Assembly: GCA_051294375.1 (NCBI GenBank)
Contig: JBJCIZ010001060.1
Coordinates: 1 to 7,758 of the forward strand
From: Paraspadella gotoi
Lineage: Eukaryota > Animalia > Chaetognatha
DNA length: 7,758 nt
Direction of reading: 5' to 3'
In this document: positions 7,637 through 7,758 of the stretch, in pieces
Layout: every line of letters starts with the position of its first letter
How positions within the stretch are numbered: position 1 is the stretch's first letter
Made by a program: the position numbers and the translations under genes
The notes under the pieces: model-generated
Told to the model about the DNA's origin: nothing
The model's database searches: none
Seen by the model: only the letters and a program-made list of their open reading frames with translations

Positions 7637-7720
7637 TACTTTTTTGAAACAAAATAGAAAAACTCGAATTTTTTTTTACTTTTTTTCAAACGAAATACAA
7701 AAACTCGATATCCTTTTTTG
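7637..7720. repeat. Two degenerate copies of a 40-bp direct repeat
   Basis: TACTTTTTTGAAACAAAATAGAAAAACTCGA at 7637 versus TACTTTTTTTCAAACGAAATACAAAAACTCGA at 7677. Confidence 0.65.
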
Positions 7721-7758
7721 ATAAAAATATACCGATGCATTGTTGATGTATTTTATGC

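Overview
AT-rich eukaryotic, probably invertebrate, genomic DNA with short GT-AG introns of about 53-111 bp. It is not prokaryotic. My best reading is a decayed, intron-containing DNA transposon on the minus strand. Its spliced gene starts at ATG 7210 and encodes two AT-hook-like GRP motifs, a long acidic tract and a CxC...CxxC zinc ribbon. It is cut at 5493 by a Helitron-like 3' end, reappears as a heavily frameshifted exon at about 1385-1754, and ends in two clean exons (706-528, 457-381). Those last exons resemble the C-terminus of Mutator-like/Kolobok-type DDE transposases. I could not find the catalytic core. A second spliced gene of unknown function enters on the plus strand and stops 2 bp from the putative transposase stop, tail-to-tail. 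The intervening DNA holds a candidate 1.8-kb non-autonomous Helitron, two DINE-1/HINE-like remnants, a degenerate 100-135 bp tandem repeat and microsatellites. Family assignments rest on motif recognition by eye and need HMM confirmation.
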